Shown piece by piece: positions 28,742 through 40,489 of a stretch of 64,000 nt of DNA. This DNA comes from an uncultured Eubacteriales bacterium. GTDB taxonomy: Bacteria; Bacillota; Clostridia; TANB77; CAG-508. Both the position numbers and the translations under genes were made by a program. The stretch lies in assembly GCA_948443845.1 (NCBI GenBank), contig CAOJUE010000006.1:8720-72719 (forward strand), given 5' to 3'. A model generated the notes under the pieces. It ran no database searches. It was not told the origin of the DNA and worked only from the letters and a program-made list of their open reading frames with translations. Position 1 is the stretch's first letter; every line of letters starts with the position of its first letter.

Positions 28742-29668
28742 ATGTCATTTTTTCACAAATCAGGCATAGTAAACGTGAAAATGGTAATCACGGAAGAAAA
28801 AATATTATCGAATATTGATAAAATCGAGAAATTGATTAATCCAAATGCAAAAAAGCAGATTGTTCAATTAGAAGAAGATGCTTATTTTCGTGATTTGGTG
28901 GAATCAGTAAAGACGTATTTGATGGAATATCCAAAGAAAAAGAACTTTCCAGCTGATGTCTATCAAGCAGCATTTGATTTAGTAGAATATGCAACGAACC
29001 AATTTGAAGAAAGTACGAAAAAAGTAGAAGATTTAATTCGTCAAAGAGAAATGAATATCAAACTTGCCAATGTTTTGACTGATGTTTTGAAAGTGGTAAA
29101 AGGCAAAACGAAAAATTGGAAAGAAATTGTTAAAAAAGTAAAGAAAAAATATCCTGAAGATGTTGTAGAAGCATTGAAAATGATTGGAACAGAGGAAGAA
29201 AATTCAGAAGAATATAAGACGGCGGAGCAATTAATTGTTGCTAAAGTTGGAAATTTGGAATCCAATATGTTTATCGAAATCGATATCGAACGAATTGAAG
29301 ATCGTTCAAAAGCATTGAGTTACATAGGAATTGAGATAGCAGAAGCTTTAAAATATGTTCCAGCACCATTAGAAGATGGAGAAGAAGCGCCCAAAGCAGT
29401 TGCAGTGCAAGAAGTAGAGCCAATGCCAGAAAAAATCGAAATAGCAAAACCTACATCTGAATTGTTACAAGAAGTGATTGCAAACAATCCAGTAGAAGAA
29501 AATTTACAAGAAGCAACCGAAAACTTCTTTGAAGAAACTCGTTTTGAGACAAAACCAAGTTTGTGGCAAAGAATTAAAAATAGTAAGTTTGTAAGAACCA
29601 TTAATTATATTATGAAAATAAAAGTTGTTTTGGATTATCCTGCCTTACCTGAAGGAAGAGGAGAATAG
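28742..29668 (+). CDS. hypothetical acidic protein
   Basis: 308-aa ORF with RBS AAGGAGG. I recognise no family. E/K-rich, with no signal peptide. Confidence 0.5.
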   Translation: MSFFHKSGIVNVKMVITEEKILSNIDKIEKLINPNAKKQIVQLEEDAYFRDLVESVKTYLMEYPKKKNFPADVYQAAFDLVEYATNQFEESTKKVEDLIRQREMNIKLANVLTDVLKVVKGKTKNWKEIVKKVKKKYPEDVVEALKMIGTEEENSEEYKTAEQLIVAKVGNLESNMFIEIDIERIEDRSKALSYIGIEIAEALKYVPAPLEDGEEAPKAVAVQEVEPMPEKIEIAKPTSELLQEVIANNPVEENLQEATENFFEETRFETKPSLWQRIKNSKFVRTINYIMKIKVVLDYPALPEGRGE

Positions 29669-29693
29669 AGGAAAAAATGAATAAAACAGCATG

Positions 29694-29722
29694 AGAGCAA
29701 GTCAAGACTTGCTCTTTTTTGA
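29694..29722 (+). terminator. rho-independent terminator
   Basis: AGAGCAAG-TCAAGA-CTTGCTCT followed by TTTTT. Confidence 0.75.
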
Positions 29723-29829
29723 TAAGATTTTATAAACTAGAATTTTTTTATTTTTTAAACTCTGAAACCTTGACTATTTTCCCTAAAAATTATATGATGC
29801 AAATGGACAAAAAATAAAAGGAGATTTTT

Positions 29830-31263
29830 ATGGAAAAAAATATATACACAAGCCCTTTAAGCGGAAGATATCCTAGCAAAGAAATGAATTATATTTGGTC
29901 AGATGACAGCAAATATTCCACTTGGAGAAAACTTTGGATTGCACTTGCCGAAACAGAAAAGGAACTTGGAATCGAGATTACAAACGAACAAATTGATGAA
30001 ATGAAAGCCCACATTTTTGACATTGACTATGATGTAGTAGCAGCGAGAGAAGCAGAATGCAGACACGATGTGATGTCTCACGTCTACGAATTTGGCACCA
30101 AATGCCCAAGCGCAAAACCAATTATCCATTTAGGTGCAACTTCTTGTTATGTAACTGACAATACAGACGTAATTTTGATGACAGAAGCCTTAAAATTAAT
30201 CAAACAAAAACTTGTTATTGTCATCAACAATCTAAAAAATTTCGCAGAAAAATACAAAAGCGTTACTTGTTTAGGTTATACGCATTTTCAACCAGCCCAG
30301 CTCACAACTGTTGGCAAAAGAGCAACTCTTTGGCTACAAGATTTAATCGAAGATTTAGAAGAATTAGAATTTGTGGAAAGTCATATGAAACTTTTGGGGT
30401 GCAAAGGAACAACAGGAACCCAAGAGAGTTTTATGAAGTTATTCAAAGATGAAGAAAAAGTCAAACAAATTGATGGTAAAATTGCAGAAAAAATGGGATT
30501 TAACCAAGTTTTTGCGGTATCTGGTCAGACGTATACGAGAAAATTAGATAGTAGAGTGTTAAGTGTGCTATCCCAAATCGCGCAAAGTGCCTCAAAATTT
30601 GCGAACGATATGCGTTTATTGCAACACGAAAAAGAATTGGAAGAACCATTCGAAAAAGGTCAAATCGGTTCTTCTGCCATGGCGTATAAAAGAAATCCAA
30701 TGAGAAGCGAACGTATCAATTCTTTAGCAAGACACGTTATTGCCCTTTCTATGGACCCCAACATGACAGCTAGTACGCAATGGCTAGAAAGAACATTAGA
30801 TGATTCAGCCAACAAAAGAATTTGTGTACCAGAGGCATTCTTGGCAGTTGACGCTATTTTGATTTTATATGCCAATATTTCAAGCGGAATTGTCGTTTAT
30901 GAAAATGTCATCAAAACCAACATGATGCAAGAATTGCCTTTCATGGGAACAGAAGAAATTTTGATGAATGCAGTGCTAAAAGGTGGAGATAGACAAGAAT
31001 TACACGAAAAAATCCGTGTGTATTCCATGGAAGCAGGAAGAGAAGTCAAAGAATTTGGCAAACCAAATGATTTAGTTGATCGAATTGCGAAAGATAACAC
31101 ATTTGGAATGACAAAAGAAGAAATTTTGTCAGCGCTCAACCCAGACAATCTATGTGGACGAAGTTCAAACCAAGTGACTGATTTTATCCAAACAATTGTC
31201 AATCCAATTTTAGAAAAATATGAAAATTTATTAAATGTAGATATCGGCAATGTAAACGTATAA
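29830..31263 (+). CDS. purB: adenylosuccinate lyase
   Basis: 477 aa. SPLSGRY..., the fumarate-lyase signature GSSAMAYKRNP. Confidence 0.93.
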   Translation: MEKNIYTSPLSGRYPSKEMNYIWSDDSKYSTWRKLWIALAETEKELGIEITNEQIDEMKAHIFDIDYDVVAAREAECRHDVMSHVYEFGTKCPSAKPIIHLGATSCYVTDNTDVILMTEALKLIKQKLVIVINNLKNFAEKYKSVTCLGYTHFQPAQLTTVGKRATLWLQDLIEDLEELEFVESHMKLLGCKGTTGTQESFMKLFKDEEKVKQIDGKIAEKMGFNQVFAVSGQTYTRKLDSRVLSVLSQIAQSASKFANDMRLLQHEKELEEPFEKGQIGSSAMAYKRNPMRSERINSLARHVIALSMDPNMTASTQWLERTLDDSANKRICVPEAFLAVDAILILYANISSGIVVYENVIKTNMMQELPFMGTEEILMNAVLKGGDRQELHEKIRVYSMEAGREVKEFGKPNDLVDRIAKDNTFGMTKEEILSALNPDNLCGRSSNQVTDFIQTIVNPILEKYENLLNVDIGNVNV

Positions 31264-31269
31264 CCGTAG

Positions 31270-32601
<1,332 letters not shown>

Positions 32602-32894
32602 TTTCCAAATCATAATGGGAAGTTACTTTGCCAAGATATGGCATGGAACTTAAAATCTTTAAGAAAATTTTAAGTTGGTTAAGGAATTTTATTCTGTTTG
32701 CTCGATAGAGTAAAGGTGCTCTGTTAATAAAATTTGCTACATCTTATTATGATTGATGTAAGCAAATTTTATTAATGCGATTTGTATCATACAAAAAGGA
32801 AAATTACAAGAGGATTTTGGAAAAAAAGTAAAATTTTATTGCAAAACCAAAAACAATATGATATAAAAGAAATAAAAACAAGGGAGGAACCAAA

Positions 32895-33557
32895 ATGCAA
32901 ATTATAAAACCTTGGGTAGAAGTCCCAGCAATCGACGGAATAAAAATAATGAAAAATTTGGAACGAGCAGCAAAACAATGCTATCGTACACAAGGAAATA
33001 TAAAAGAAGATAGTTATGACCATTTCCTAAGAAATTGTATCAATCGTGGTCATGAGTCGGTTTTGGAACATGAAAAAATAACTGTTCGTTTAAAATGTGA
33101 TATTGGAGCCTACAAGGATTTGACGCGTCATAGACATGCATCTTTTTCGATTGAGAGTACAAGATATTGCAATTACAGTAAAGAGAAGTTTGGAAATGAA
33201 ATTGCTTTTATTGAGCCTTGCAATATGGAAACAGATGCTGTGTACGAGATGTGGAAAAATTGTATGGAAAACATTGAACAATGTTATATCAAAATGGCAA
33301 AAGAGGGCGCTTTGCCAGACCAACTAAGAATGATACTACCACACAGTACAGCAGCAGAAGTTGTTATGACAGCCAATATCCGTGAATGGAGACACTTGCT
33401 TTCCTTAAGAGCAGATTCACACACGCACCCTTCCATTCAACAATTGATGATACCACTTTTACTTTATTTCAAAAAAGAGATGCCAGCCTTATTTGATGCA
33501 GTACCATACAATGAGCAATTTGATTCGAAAAAGTATGCTGAAATTAAACTTATTTAA
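32895..33557 (+). CDS. thyX: FAD-dependent thymidylate synthase
   Basis: ThyX signature RHRxxSxxxxSxR, seen as TRHRHASFSIESTRY. 220 aa. Confidence 0.9.
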   Translation: MQIIKPWVEVPAIDGIKIMKNLERAAKQCYRTQGNIKEDSYDHFLRNCINRGHESVLEHEKITVRLKCDIGAYKDLTRHRHASFSIESTRYCNYSKEKFGNEIAFIEPCNMETDAVYEMWKNCMENIEQCYIKMAKEGALPDQLRMILPHSTAAEVVMTANIREWRHLLSLRADSHTHPSIQQLMIPLLLYFKKEMPALFDAVPYNEQFDSKKYAEIKLI

Positions 33558-33732
33558 TTAAAAAATATAAAATATAATAATCACAGTAGTCGGAAAGATA
33601 AGTCCGCAGAATCGCGAGTAAGCAAGAAGCGATTCCGCCAGGCTTATTTTGTTTTTGTTTGAATTCATAAATTCCATAATAAAAGAATTTGAAAAAGCAA
33701 AATACTAATAAAACAAATGCTAAAAATGGCAT
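33550..33732 (-). CDS. small two-TM membrane protein translationally coupled to the gerA-type operon (possible D subunit)
   Basis: AGGAGG overlaps the gerAC-type stop codon and lies 6 nt upstream of the ATG. MPFLAFVLLVFCFFKFFYYGIY... plus a second hydrophobic stretch. The 3' half overlaps the hairpin downstream of thyX. Confidence 0.4.
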   Translation of the reverse strand: MPFLAFVLLVFCFFKFFYYGIYEFKQKQNKPGGIASCLLAILRTYLSDYCDYYILYFLIK

Positions 33733-33741
33733 AGTTTCCTC

Positions 33742-34878
33742 CTATTCTTTATTAAATAAATGACTTGAAGTGATAGATACATCAACATTAACATCAAAGT
33801 AAGCATCTTTGAAGATTTCATCCCAATGTACTTGCTCATATTCATCTGCTGTAGCGAATTTGGAGGCAAGCATACCACCAAAACCAATGATATCGGAGTC
33901 ATAGTCTTTTGAAATCGTATATAAATATTCTTTTATTAAACTTTCTAGATATTCGCTTGCAGATTGTTCCACGCTTCGAATATTATCAAGAATGGTGTAA
34001 TTAAAATCTTCGCCAGAACTGTTGATGCTTCCCTCGATTGAAAAATCAATACTGATAAAAGGAGTATTATTGATTAAACTTACATCTACCAAGGCTTTGG
34101 TGTTTTTTCTTAAATTCAAATCAATGACATCGGTTTTGTCGAAAGGACTTTGAATGCTAATCATACAAGAATCCAAATCATCTTTTATCATTAAATGGGC
34201 AATGGTCTGAATGGGTGAAATGGTTCCTACCATAACATCTTCCTTAAAAACAGCGGCTCCAGAGTTTTGAACGGTATCTTCATCTGCAACAGCATAAATG
34301 GCGGTTGCTTGGGATTGATTGCTGTTTAAAGTTGAGAAGAAAGTATTGAAAGTAGAGTTGATTGTATAGCCTGTGTAATCTACTGAATTTAAGATATATT
34401 CATATAGACGTGAGGAAAATCCTTCTCCTGAATTCGAAACCTTGTCTAGAACATCGGAAGATTCTTTGGAACTGACAATCAAATTGCAGTCTGGACGAAC
34501 TTCTGTATCATTTCCTAAAATGTTAATATAACTTTTAACGCCTTCTCTGGCGACTTCTTCGGAAAAAACAATTGCAGAACAATGGGATAGATTGATTTTT
34601 TTATTCAAATAATTATTCAAAATGTTAATGCCTGATTCAATGGATTCGCATTCTACGGTATAAATTTTATATTCGTTTGATTGCGAAGACGACGAATCCG
34701 AAGAACTTGTTGGCTTTGCGTTTTGAACATTTAGACGAATTAGACCGTTTTCGGATTTATCGATTCCAATTGCCACAATATAATAGAAATCTTCGAGACC
34801 AGTTGAATCGTAGCAACCAGTTAGGGTAAATAACAAAACAGTTAAAAGGGTAACGAAAGCGATTATTTTTTTGGTCAT
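33742..34878 (-). CDS. spore germination receptor lipoprotein, Ger(x)C family
   Basis: Lipobox LFTLTGC. Sequence is GerAC-like. Third gene of an A-B-C operon. Confidence 0.85.
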   Translation of the reverse strand: MTKKIIAFVTLLTVLLFTLTGCYDSTGLEDFYYIVAIGIDKSENGLIRLNVQNAKPTSSSDSSSSQSNEYKIYTVECESIESGINILNNYLNKKINLSHCSAIVFSEEVAREGVKSYINILGNDTEVRPDCNLIVSSKESSDVLDKVSNSGEGFSSRLYEYILNSVDYTGYTINSTFNTFFSTLNSNQSQATAIYAVADEDTVQNSGAAVFKEDVMVGTISPIQTIAHLMIKDDLDSCMISIQSPFDKTDVIDLNLRKNTKALVDVSLINNTPFISIDFSIEGSINSSGEDFNYTILDNIRSVEQSASEYLESLIKEYLYTISKDYDSDIIGFGGMLASKFATADEYEQVHWDEIFKDAYFDVNVDVSITSSHLFNKE

Positions 34879-35981
34879 TTTTTTTGTAAATTTCCTTTCT
34901 TAAATTTGAATTTTAAATTGGCTAAAACTAGAATGATAAAGCAACCAATAAACGTGATTCCAATAATCAAGTAACGATAAATATTATTTTCCATAAAACG
35001 GCTGATGGCAACATTAAAAGGAAGCAGACACAGTCCGAAAAAAATGCTGGTAGTTGATAAACTAACTAATTTTTCGTCTGTAACATTGGTTAATTTTTTA
35101 AATACTCGATTAATCATAAAAATGCAAACACTCAAATAGCAAAAAATCGAAATAATCCACAATAAAACAAACATTGCATCGAGTCTTTGCAAAAAGTCAC
35201 CTAATTCGATTTTTCGTGATAGTAAATAAAGGGCATTTAATGGCTCTGTATCGTTGGTAATCGGAAAAATCGTAAGAATAGATAGGACTGTCAAAAATAG
35301 CAATAACCAAGAAATGATATATGACCAAGTGGTTACTTTTTTGTAAGAGAAACTATCCTTTAATAGTGGCATTAAAAAGTAGTAATATGTTACAATGTAA
35401 AGTGAGAAAGTATTTAGTAAGCCGTTTACGAAGGTTGTTCGCATATTGTAGCCAAAAAAAGGCGAAAATTTGTCAAAAGAAAAATCATCATATACGGCAA
35501 ACAAGGCTACTAAAATACTGACTAACGTAAAAGGTACGACTAGACAAATGGTTCGTATAATGGATTTTAGTCCAACAAGATTTGCTACCACAATGCCTAT
35601 CATAAAGAATAGTAAAATAAAAATTAAAGGGCTATTATTAAAATAAATAGTTTTTAGCATATTGGCAAAATCACTTAAGGTAACATAAGCTGCCAGATAG
35701 AAAAAGCTAATGTAAATTATTCCCATAATTACCTTAAAAAATTTGCCACCCAAAAATTCAGAAATATCAATAATATCGGAATTTGGGAATTTTTGAAATA
35801 GCCAATTTAGGCAAAGCACGAAGATGAAACCTAATAGACCAATATAAATCAAATTAATAATCGCGCCAGTTCCCACCAAATCAATGATATAATACGGAAC
35901 ATTTAAAATTAATTTACTTACCATAACAATTAAAATAAGACAAATTGCCTCATATTTTTGAAGTTTATAATTACTTGACAT
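34875..35981 (-). CDS. spore germination receptor permease, GerAB family
   Basis: 368 aa, about 10 TM, APC-like. Overlaps its neighbours by a few nt. Confidence 0.85.
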   Translation of the reverse strand: MSSNYKLQKYEAICLILIVMVSKLILNVPYYIIDLVGTGAIINLIYIGLLGFIFVLCLNWLFQKFPNSDIIDISEFLGGKFFKVIMGIIYISFFYLAAYVTLSDFANMLKTIYFNNSPLIFILLFFMIGIVVANLVGLKSIIRTICLVVPFTLVSILVALFAVYDDFSFDKFSPFFGYNMRTTFVNGLLNTFSLYIVTYYYFLMPLLKDSFSYKKVTTWSYIISWLLLFLTVLSILTIFPITNDTEPLNALYLLSRKIELGDFLQRLDAMFVLLWIISIFCYLSVCIFMINRVFKKLTNVTDEKLVSLSTTSIFFGLCLLPFNVAISRFMENNIYRYLIIGITFIGCFIILVLANLKFKFKKGNLQKK

Positions 35982-37647
35982 GTTTCCTCCAATTCATACT
36001 AATTTTATTGGCTGCTTCTGGACGTTTGGTATTTAAAAATTGATTACGTCTTTCGCGTCGCCAAACAGGTTTGACAATATATCCATTATTATCGTTCAAA
36101 TTCTCAAATGGAATATAAGGTGCAAAATAAGGAACGCCAAAAGAACTTAAAGCGGTAAGCATAATAAAATGCACGAAAAATCCGAATGCAATACCTAAAA
36201 ATCCAGCTAAAAATCCTAAAATAATATAAGTGAATCGATAAATTCGAATCGACGAAGTAAGAGCAAAATCTGGAATGGCAAAACCACAAATTCCTGTAAA
36301 CGCCACAACAATAATTAAAATCGGACTCACAATATTAGCCGAAACGGCGGCATCACCCAAAATCAAGGCACCAATGATACCAATGGTTGTACTAAAGGAA
36401 GAGGAAACACGAAGTCCAGCCTCACGAATTAATTCAAAGGAAATTTCCATTATAATAATTTCGAAAATGACAGGAAACGGAATCGCTTCACGAGCATTGG
36501 CAACAGCAAATAGTAATTCAGATGGAATCAGCTCTTGATGATAATTTGTAATTGCAACATAAAGTCCTGGCAAAAATATGGCGAAAAATAGGGCAATTGC
36601 TCGAATCATCTTTAAAAAATTGGCAAAATGGTAATTTAAATTTCGGTCTTCACCAGAAGTCAAAAAGTCGATAAAAATGGCTGGTACAACTAATACAAAA
36701 GGTGTTCCGTTCACAATAATGGCAACACGACCATTTAACAAATAGGTACTAACACGGTCAGGTCGTTCTGTTGCGATGCATTGTGGGAAAGTATTGCTTG
36801 GGTTGTCTTTAATAAATTGCTCTAATTGCCCAGAAGATAGTAAATAATCAATATCCAAACTGTTGATTCGATATTTTGCTTCTGCGACTAAATCGTCATT
36901 GGCAATGTTCTCAATATAACAAATGGCAACTTTGGTTTTGCTAATTTTACCAACATCAACTTCTTCAATGATTAAATTTTCATTATTGACAATTTTTCGA
37001 AGCATGGAAGTATTGACTCTGACGTTTTCAACAAAGGCTTCTTGTGGACCACGAACGACGTTTTCACTAATGGGTTCAGAAACACTTCTTCCTTTGATAT
37101 CTTTGGTTTCGACACAAAAGGCAGTTGCAACACCGTCTACAAAAAGAGCACAAAATCCACCATTGACTTTGGCAATTACCTTTTCAAATTCGGTTTCTTT
37201 TGAAATACTGTTATGTGGAATCAAGCCATTATAAATGAAGTTTTCCAAGTTAATTTTAGGTGATTTCGGATTTTTGATTAACATACGACCTGACTTGTTT
37301 TCGTTTTGCTCGCGCATGGTAATGGAATTTTTCAAAAGCAAAGGTTGCAAAATTGAATTGGTAATGGTTTCTTCATTTACCATTCCATCGATAAAAAGAA
37401 GTGCTGCTGGGACTTTTTTATCGTGAATCGGAAGAGCAAATTTGCGAATTTTGACATCACTATTGATGAGCAAATTGTATTTGCTTTTTAAATATTCAAT
37501 ATTGACAGAAAGCGTAGGAAAAATTTGTTGTGTTGTGTTTTGTGTATTTGTTTCTGGCAAATTGTTGGCCGAATTTGGTAAAATAAATTCGTAATTTTCC
37601 TGTTCTTTGTAAGAAAAGAAAGTATTAAAAAAATTCTTGATATTCAT
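35971..37647 (-). CDS. spore germination receptor subunit A, GerAA family
   Basis: 558 aa. Soluble N-terminal domain plus C-terminal TM block (IPFPVIFEIIIMEISFELIREAGLR), typical of GerA-family proteins. Confidence 0.85.
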   Translation of the reverse strand: MNIKNFFNTFFSYKEQENYEFILPNSANNLPETNTQNTTQQIFPTLSVNIEYLKSKYNLLINSDVKIRKFALPIHDKKVPAALLFIDGMVNEETITNSILQPLLLKNSITMREQNENKSGRMLIKNPKSPKINLENFIYNGLIPHNSISKETEFEKVIAKVNGGFCALFVDGVATAFCVETKDIKGRSVSEPISENVVRGPQEAFVENVRVNTSMLRKIVNNENLIIEEVDVGKISKTKVAICYIENIANDDLVAEAKYRINSLDIDYLLSSGQLEQFIKDNPSNTFPQCIATERPDRVSTYLLNGRVAIIVNGTPFVLVVPAIFIDFLTSGEDRNLNYHFANFLKMIRAIALFFAIFLPGLYVAITNYHQELIPSELLFAVANAREAIPFPVIFEIIIMEISFELIREAGLRVSSSFSTTIGIIGALILGDAAVSANIVSPILIIVVAFTGICGFAIPDFALTSSIRIYRFTYIILGFLAGFLGIAFGFFVHFIMLTALSSFGVPYFAPYIPFENLNDNNGYIVKPVWRRERRNQFLNTKRPEAANKISMNWRKHVK

Positions 37648-37663
37648 AAAATCTCCATAAAAA

Positions 37664-37750
37664 AGTGTGGGAAATTTTGCTTAAGCAAAATTTCGCTCGC
37701 TTATCGGATAGAAATGTCAGAGATATTAAATGAAAATATCTTTGATAATT
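37664..37750 (+). repeat. hairpin-plus-tail intergenic element, copy B
   Basis: Hairpin GAAATTTTGCTT/AAGCAAAATTTC, then GCTCGCTTATC. 37687-37705 is 18/19 identical to 4763-4781. Followed by AGATATTAAATGAAAATATCTTTGATAATT. Confidence 0.5.
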
Positions 37751-37990
37751 TCTATTCCATAAAATATATTTTTGATTAGTATTTGTTATTTGAAGAAAAA
37801 TATGCAAAACATTTCAAAATAGAGCCAAATAAAGGAAAAAATTGAAAAATATTGTAAAAAAGTTATGTTACCACTTGAAATTGATTGAAAAATATGGTAT
37901 AATAAGATAAGAAAGAAATACGTAAATTTACAAAAGATGCATATAAGTAGCTTATTTGCGTCTTTTTTAACCAATTACAGGGGGATTGTA

Positions 37991-40387
37991 ATGAATAAAA
38001 ATAAAAAAGAATTAGGAAAATTTTTATTAAAAAAGAAAATTTACATTATCTTAATTACCATGATATTTGCCATAACAGGCATTGGATATGCACTTACGAA
38101 TGTCCAATATATGGCAAGTCAAAAGATTTTAGTAGGAAATGATGAAGCACATTTAATGGATACTTACCAAGAGTTGATAAAAGGTTCCACCGTTTTGGAA
38201 GAAGTAGTTCAAAATTTAGATTTAAGCATAAATGTGCCCCAATTGGCTCATTTAGTAGGGGTTTCAGCTGTTGAAAATACGAATATGATTGAACTAAAAG
38301 TCCAAGGTGAAGAGGAACAGCAAACGCAAAATATTTCTAGCGAAATCGCAAAAGTATTTATGGCAACAGTTGAGCGAATTTATGGAACAACTGGACTTTA
38401 TTGTGTTGACAATGTTGCTAAGTATTACACGACTGGAAATGCCTTAATTGTTGGAGTTTCTGCTGCAGTTGTTGGATTTTTGCTATCAAGTCTATTTTTT
38501 ATTATTGCTTTTTTAATGGATACTAAAATCAAAAGTTGCAAAGAGATGGAAGAAATTACTGGTTTGAAATCGCTGATTTCGATTCCTAAGATTAAAATGA
38601 TTGAAAAAAAGAAATTAAATATTAAAAATATTAGGGCTCACAAGAGCGAAGTTTTTAAGTTGCTGATGACGAATATTCAATTTGTGAATGCAAATCATCT
38701 GCAAAGTGAGAGTATTTTGGTTACAAGCGCTCATTCATTGGTAGGAAAAACGTATGTTGCCACAAATTTAGCGATTGAATTTGCTAAAGTTGGCAAAAAA
38801 GTCATTTTAATTGACGGAGATATGCGAAAAGGTAGAATTTCCAAGATTTTTAATTTGCCAAATGACTTAGGTTTTTCGAATTATTTGTCAAGCTTAGATT
38901 CCAATGGAAATCACATTAATGAGCGAATTACGCAATTTATCAATGATACAGAAATCAAGAATTTGAACGTCATTACAGCAGGCAATATGCCACCCAACCC
39001 AAGTGAATTGTTGGCAACTGGAAAAATCGATGAATTGATGAAGGAATTGAAGATTTTTTATGATATTATTATTTTCGATACGGTTTCTGTGCTAGAAGCT
39101 CCAGAGGCCGAGCAGTTAGCAAAGAAATGCGATTTGACTTTGATGGTATCTGCCTATGGAAAAACCAAACAAGAAGACCTTTTGCTAGCTTATACGCAAA
39201 TTAATCAAAACAGTACAACTAGTATAGGAGTAGGGCTTAATCAAATTCCAGATACAAAATTAAAAAAAGAATGGTTTGTTTTGAAAAATAATTTCAAAAG
39301 AAAAGTAAAAGAGTTTTTTAAAAGAGCGAAAGTATTTTTTAGAAAAAGTAAGAAATTCCTAAACAGATTTAGTGTAGTGGCAGAGATTTTGAAAAAAATC
39401 GGAATGGGAATGGTGGTGGGCTTTGTAATTATCCAAAAAGGTCTGATACATTTCATGCATCAATTAAGAAGCAAAATGCAAGAATTAAGGGAGAAAGTTC
39501 AAACTTATAAAAAGAAAAAGGAAGCCATTAAATTAATTGAATCTGGTGGAACTCCAGCAGAAGAGAAAAACAATGTTGTCAGAGAAGTTTTTGAGAAAGA
39601 AATTGCTAAATTGGAACGTGATGAGGTGGAATATCGCAAAAAGTTAGATTCACTAAAATCGAATCTGGAGACGAAAAATGTAGAGATGCTAAAGGTTAGA
39701 CCAGTTGTAACTAAAACAGAACCACAAGAAAAAAGCAAATTTGATTTGATTCGTGAAAAACAGCAAAAAGAAGCGGAAGAAAAAGCGGAAATCAAGGAAG
39801 ATTCAGAAGATATTAAGGAAGAAGAACCAGTTCAACCAGAAGTAATTAAAATAGAGGAAAATAAAGAAGAAACACCAAAAAGGCAGTCACAAGAAGCTAG
39901 AAAAGCGGAAGAAAAGAGAATTAGACAAGAAAAAATCGATGCTTATGAAGAAATTGATTTATCTCAAGAAGAGCGTATCACAGAAGAAATGATTCGCAGA
40001 CAAGTCGAAATGGACGATATGATTCGTCTAGCAGAGCAAGAAGAAGCCGAAGAGGCTTTAAAATTGCAACGTATGAAAAAAGACGAAAAAATGAGAAAAA
40101 GGCAAGAACGCAAAGAAAAATTCAAAAATTGGTTTCAAACCTTAAAGAATAATGCGGAAAATCCGAGTTATGAAGAATTAGAAGAAGAACGCATTCGCAA
40201 AATGGAAACTAAAATTGAAGAAAAAATCAGAAGAGAAACCGAAAAAAGCGAAAATCGAGCAAGACTTGAGAAAGAAAGAGAAGAGAAAAAAGTAAGTCGA
40301 GAAATGGAAAAGCAAAGACAAAAAGAGGAATTGAGAATTCAGGAAGAATTGCAAGAGGATAATTTATATCCAAAACCGAAAATATAG
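37991..40387 (+). CDS. Wzz/CpsC-like chain-length domain fused to a BY-kinase ATPase domain, with a long K/E-rich C-terminal extension
   Basis: N-terminal TM and Wzz-like region. Walker A SLVGKTYVATNLA, A' ILIDGDMRKG, B IIIFDTVS. Then a TM-like segment and about 330 aa of charged coiled-coil. GGGGG RBS upstream of the ATG at 37991. Confidence 0.75.
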   Translation: MNKNKKELGKFLLKKKIYIILITMIFAITGIGYALTNVQYMASQKILVGNDEAHLMDTYQELIKGSTVLEEVVQNLDLSINVPQLAHLVGVSAVENTNMIELKVQGEEEQQTQNISSEIAKVFMATVERIYGTTGLYCVDNVAKYYTTGNALIVGVSAAVVGFLLSSLFFIIAFLMDTKIKSCKEMEEITGLKSLISIPKIKMIEKKKLNIKNIRAHKSEVFKLLMTNIQFVNANHLQSESILVTSAHSLVGKTYVATNLAIEFAKVGKKVILIDGDMRKGRISKIFNLPNDLGFSNYLSSLDSNGNHINERITQFINDTEIKNLNVITAGNMPPNPSELLATGKIDELMKELKIFYDIIIFDTVSVLEAPEAEQLAKKCDLTLMVSAYGKTKQEDLLLAYTQINQNSTTSIGVGLNQIPDTKLKKEWFVLKNNFKRKVKEFFKRAKVFFRKSKKFLNRFSVVAEILKKIGMGMVVGFVIIQKGLIHFMHQLRSKMQELREKVQTYKKKKEAIKLIESGGTPAEEKNNVVREVFEKEIAKLERDEVEYRKKLDSLKSNLETKNVEMLKVRPVVTKTEPQEKSKFDLIREKQQKEAEEKAEIKEDSEDIKEEEPVQPEVIKIEENKEETPKRQSQEARKAEEKRIRQEKIDAYEEIDLSQEERITEEMIRRQVEMDDMIRLAEQEEAEEALKLQRMKKDEKMRKRQERKEKFKNWFQTLKNNAENPSYEELEEERIRKMETKIEEKIRRETEKSENRARLEKEREEKKVSREMEKQRQKEELRIQEELQEDNLYPKPKI

Positions 40388-40391
40388 CCAC

Positions 40392-40419
40392 AAAATCCCA
40401 TTCAAAATGGGATTTTTTA
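40392..40419 (+). terminator. rho-independent terminator
   Basis: AAAATCCCAT-TCAAA-ATGGGATTTT followed by TT. Confidence 0.8.
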
Positions 40420-40489
40420 AAATTTATCTTGTGTTTTGGATAAAAATCGTATATAATAACGTCATTAATCAAAAAAAGGAAAGAGAAAA

